Source: Narcine bancroftii (taxonomy: Eukaryota). From it: a stretch of DNA of 64,000 bases. Both the position numbers and the translations under genes were made by a program. Numbering within the stretch: position 1 is the stretch's first letter; each line of letters opens with the position of its first letter. Of the stretch, positions 62,400-64,000 are shown piece by piece. The DNA is taken from the NCBI RefSeq assembly GCF_036971445.1, contig NC_091471.1, positions 298,220,001 through 298,284,000 of the forward strand. Direction: 5' to 3'. Below the pieces are notes generated by a model. The model was not told where the DNA came from. It ran no database searches and worked only from the letters and a program-made list of their open reading frames with translations.

Positions 62400-64000
62400 A
62401 CAAATAGAACCATAAACACTACAGCACAGAAACAGGTCCCTTCGGCCCTTCAAGTCTGTGATGAACCTTTTATTTGACTAGTCCCTCTGTCTGCACCAAT
62501 GTACCTGTCCAAATTCTTCTTAAAAGTTAAAATTGAGTCTGCATTCATCACCTCAGCTGGTAGCTCATTCCACACACCCACCACTCTCTGTGTGAAGAAG
62601 TCCCCCCTCATGTTCCCCCTAAACTTTTCCCCTTTCACCCTTAGCCCATGTCCTCTGGTTTGCATCTCACCTGCACTCAATACAAAAAATTTATTTACAT
62701 TTACTCTGCCTATCCCACATAAATTTAAATACCTTGAACAAATTCGCTCTCATTCTTCTATTCTCTAGGGATTAAAGTCCTAACCTGTTTAACGTTTCCC
62801 TGTAACTTAGTTCCTGTGGGCAACATCCAAGTAAATCTTCTCTGGACTCTTTCTATCTTATTGGTATCTTTCCTGTAGTTAGGTGACCAAAACTGCACAC
62901 AATACTCCAAATTTGGCCTCATCAATGTCTTATACCACCTTACCATAACATCCTAACTCCTATCAATAATTTGATTTATGAAGGCCAATATGCCAAAAGC
63001 TCTCTTTACAACCCTATCCACCTGTGATGCCACTTTCAGGGAATTATGTATCTGTATTCCCAGATCCTTCTGTTCTACTGCATATCTCAGTGCCCTATCA
63101 TTCACCTTGTACGTCCTTTCTTGGTTTGTCCTTCCAAATGCAACATCTCACACTTGTCTGCATTAAATTCAATCTCCCATTTTTCAGCCCTTTTTTCCAG
63201 CCGGTCTAGATCCCGCTGCAAGCTTTGAAAACCTTCTTTGCTGTCCACATTGCCTCCAATCTCAGTGTTATCTGCAAAGTTGCTAATCCAATTTACCACA
63301 TTATTGGTAAATCGTTGATATAGATGACAAACAACAATGGCCCCAGCACCAATCCCTTGAGACACACTAACAGAGGCCTCCAGTCTGAGAAGCATCATGC
63401 ACCACTACTCTCTGGCTTCTCCCATCCAGCCATTGTCAAATCCAGCTCACTACTTCACCATGAATACCCTGAAAACAATTTATTCCAATCCATGCATTCT
63501 ACCTCCTTTCTCAAAATTACCCTTTCTCCAATTTAGAATCTCAACCAAATGCCCAGATCTATCCTTCTCCATAACTGACTTGAAACTAAAGGCATTATGA
63601 TCACTGGACGCAAAATGTTCCCCTACATATAATTCTGTCACCTGTTCTATCTCGTTCCCTAACAGGAGATCCAGTATTGCACCCTCTCTTGTTGGTACCG
63701 CTATATATTTATTTAGAAACTTTCTTTCCTGAACCCATTTGAGCTATCCAGCCCTGTTACAGTATAGGAGTCCCAGTCAATTTGTGGAAAATTAAAATCC
63801 TCTACTTTTAAAACCTTATGTTTCCTGTAGCTGTCTGCTATCTCTCTACAGATTTGCTCCTCCAATTCTTTTTGGCTATTGGGCGGTCTATAATACAACC
63901 ATGAGTGTGGTCATACTTTTCCCGTTCCTCAGCTCTACCCATATAGCCTCAGTAGACGAGCCCTCAGGTCTGACCTGCCTGAGCACAGCTGTGATATTTC
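62400..64000 (-). mobile_element. CR1 LINE (ORF2 APE and RT fragments plus 3' tail) with a large internal deletion
   Basis: 'YYRPPNSQ...DFNFPQIDW', 'FADNTEIGG', 'YKTLMRPNLEYCVQFWSP', 'TRGHGLRVKGEKF'. Confidence 0.92.

Overview
Repeat-rich vertebrate genomic DNA. The mix of V-SINE, CR1, Rex1/Babar, RTE, L1, Penelope and Gypsy elements suggests a cartilaginous fish, but this is inference. The only host coding sequence I can support is the short first coding exon of a Nuclear Factor I (NFI/CTF) transcription-factor gene on the minus strand (38479-38508, MMFSPLCVTQ, phase-0 GT donor), inside a CpG island. Candidate alternative first exons lie about 2.2 kb upstream. The large DNA-binding exon 2 (DEFHPF...) is not in the window, so 1-38478 is read as intron 1 and about 41-64 kb as upstream DNA. 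About 130 bp inside the intron is a ~3.8 kb G-rich tandem array with no T on the + strand (27/18/26-bp units), which explains the three very long ORFs in the track. The rest is transposon debris: a Rex1>L1>Gypsy nest, a solo LTR, Penelope repeats carrying minimal hammerhead-like motifs, two fold-back hairpins and a 138-bp duplication. Many element boundaries are approximate because they were read by eye.
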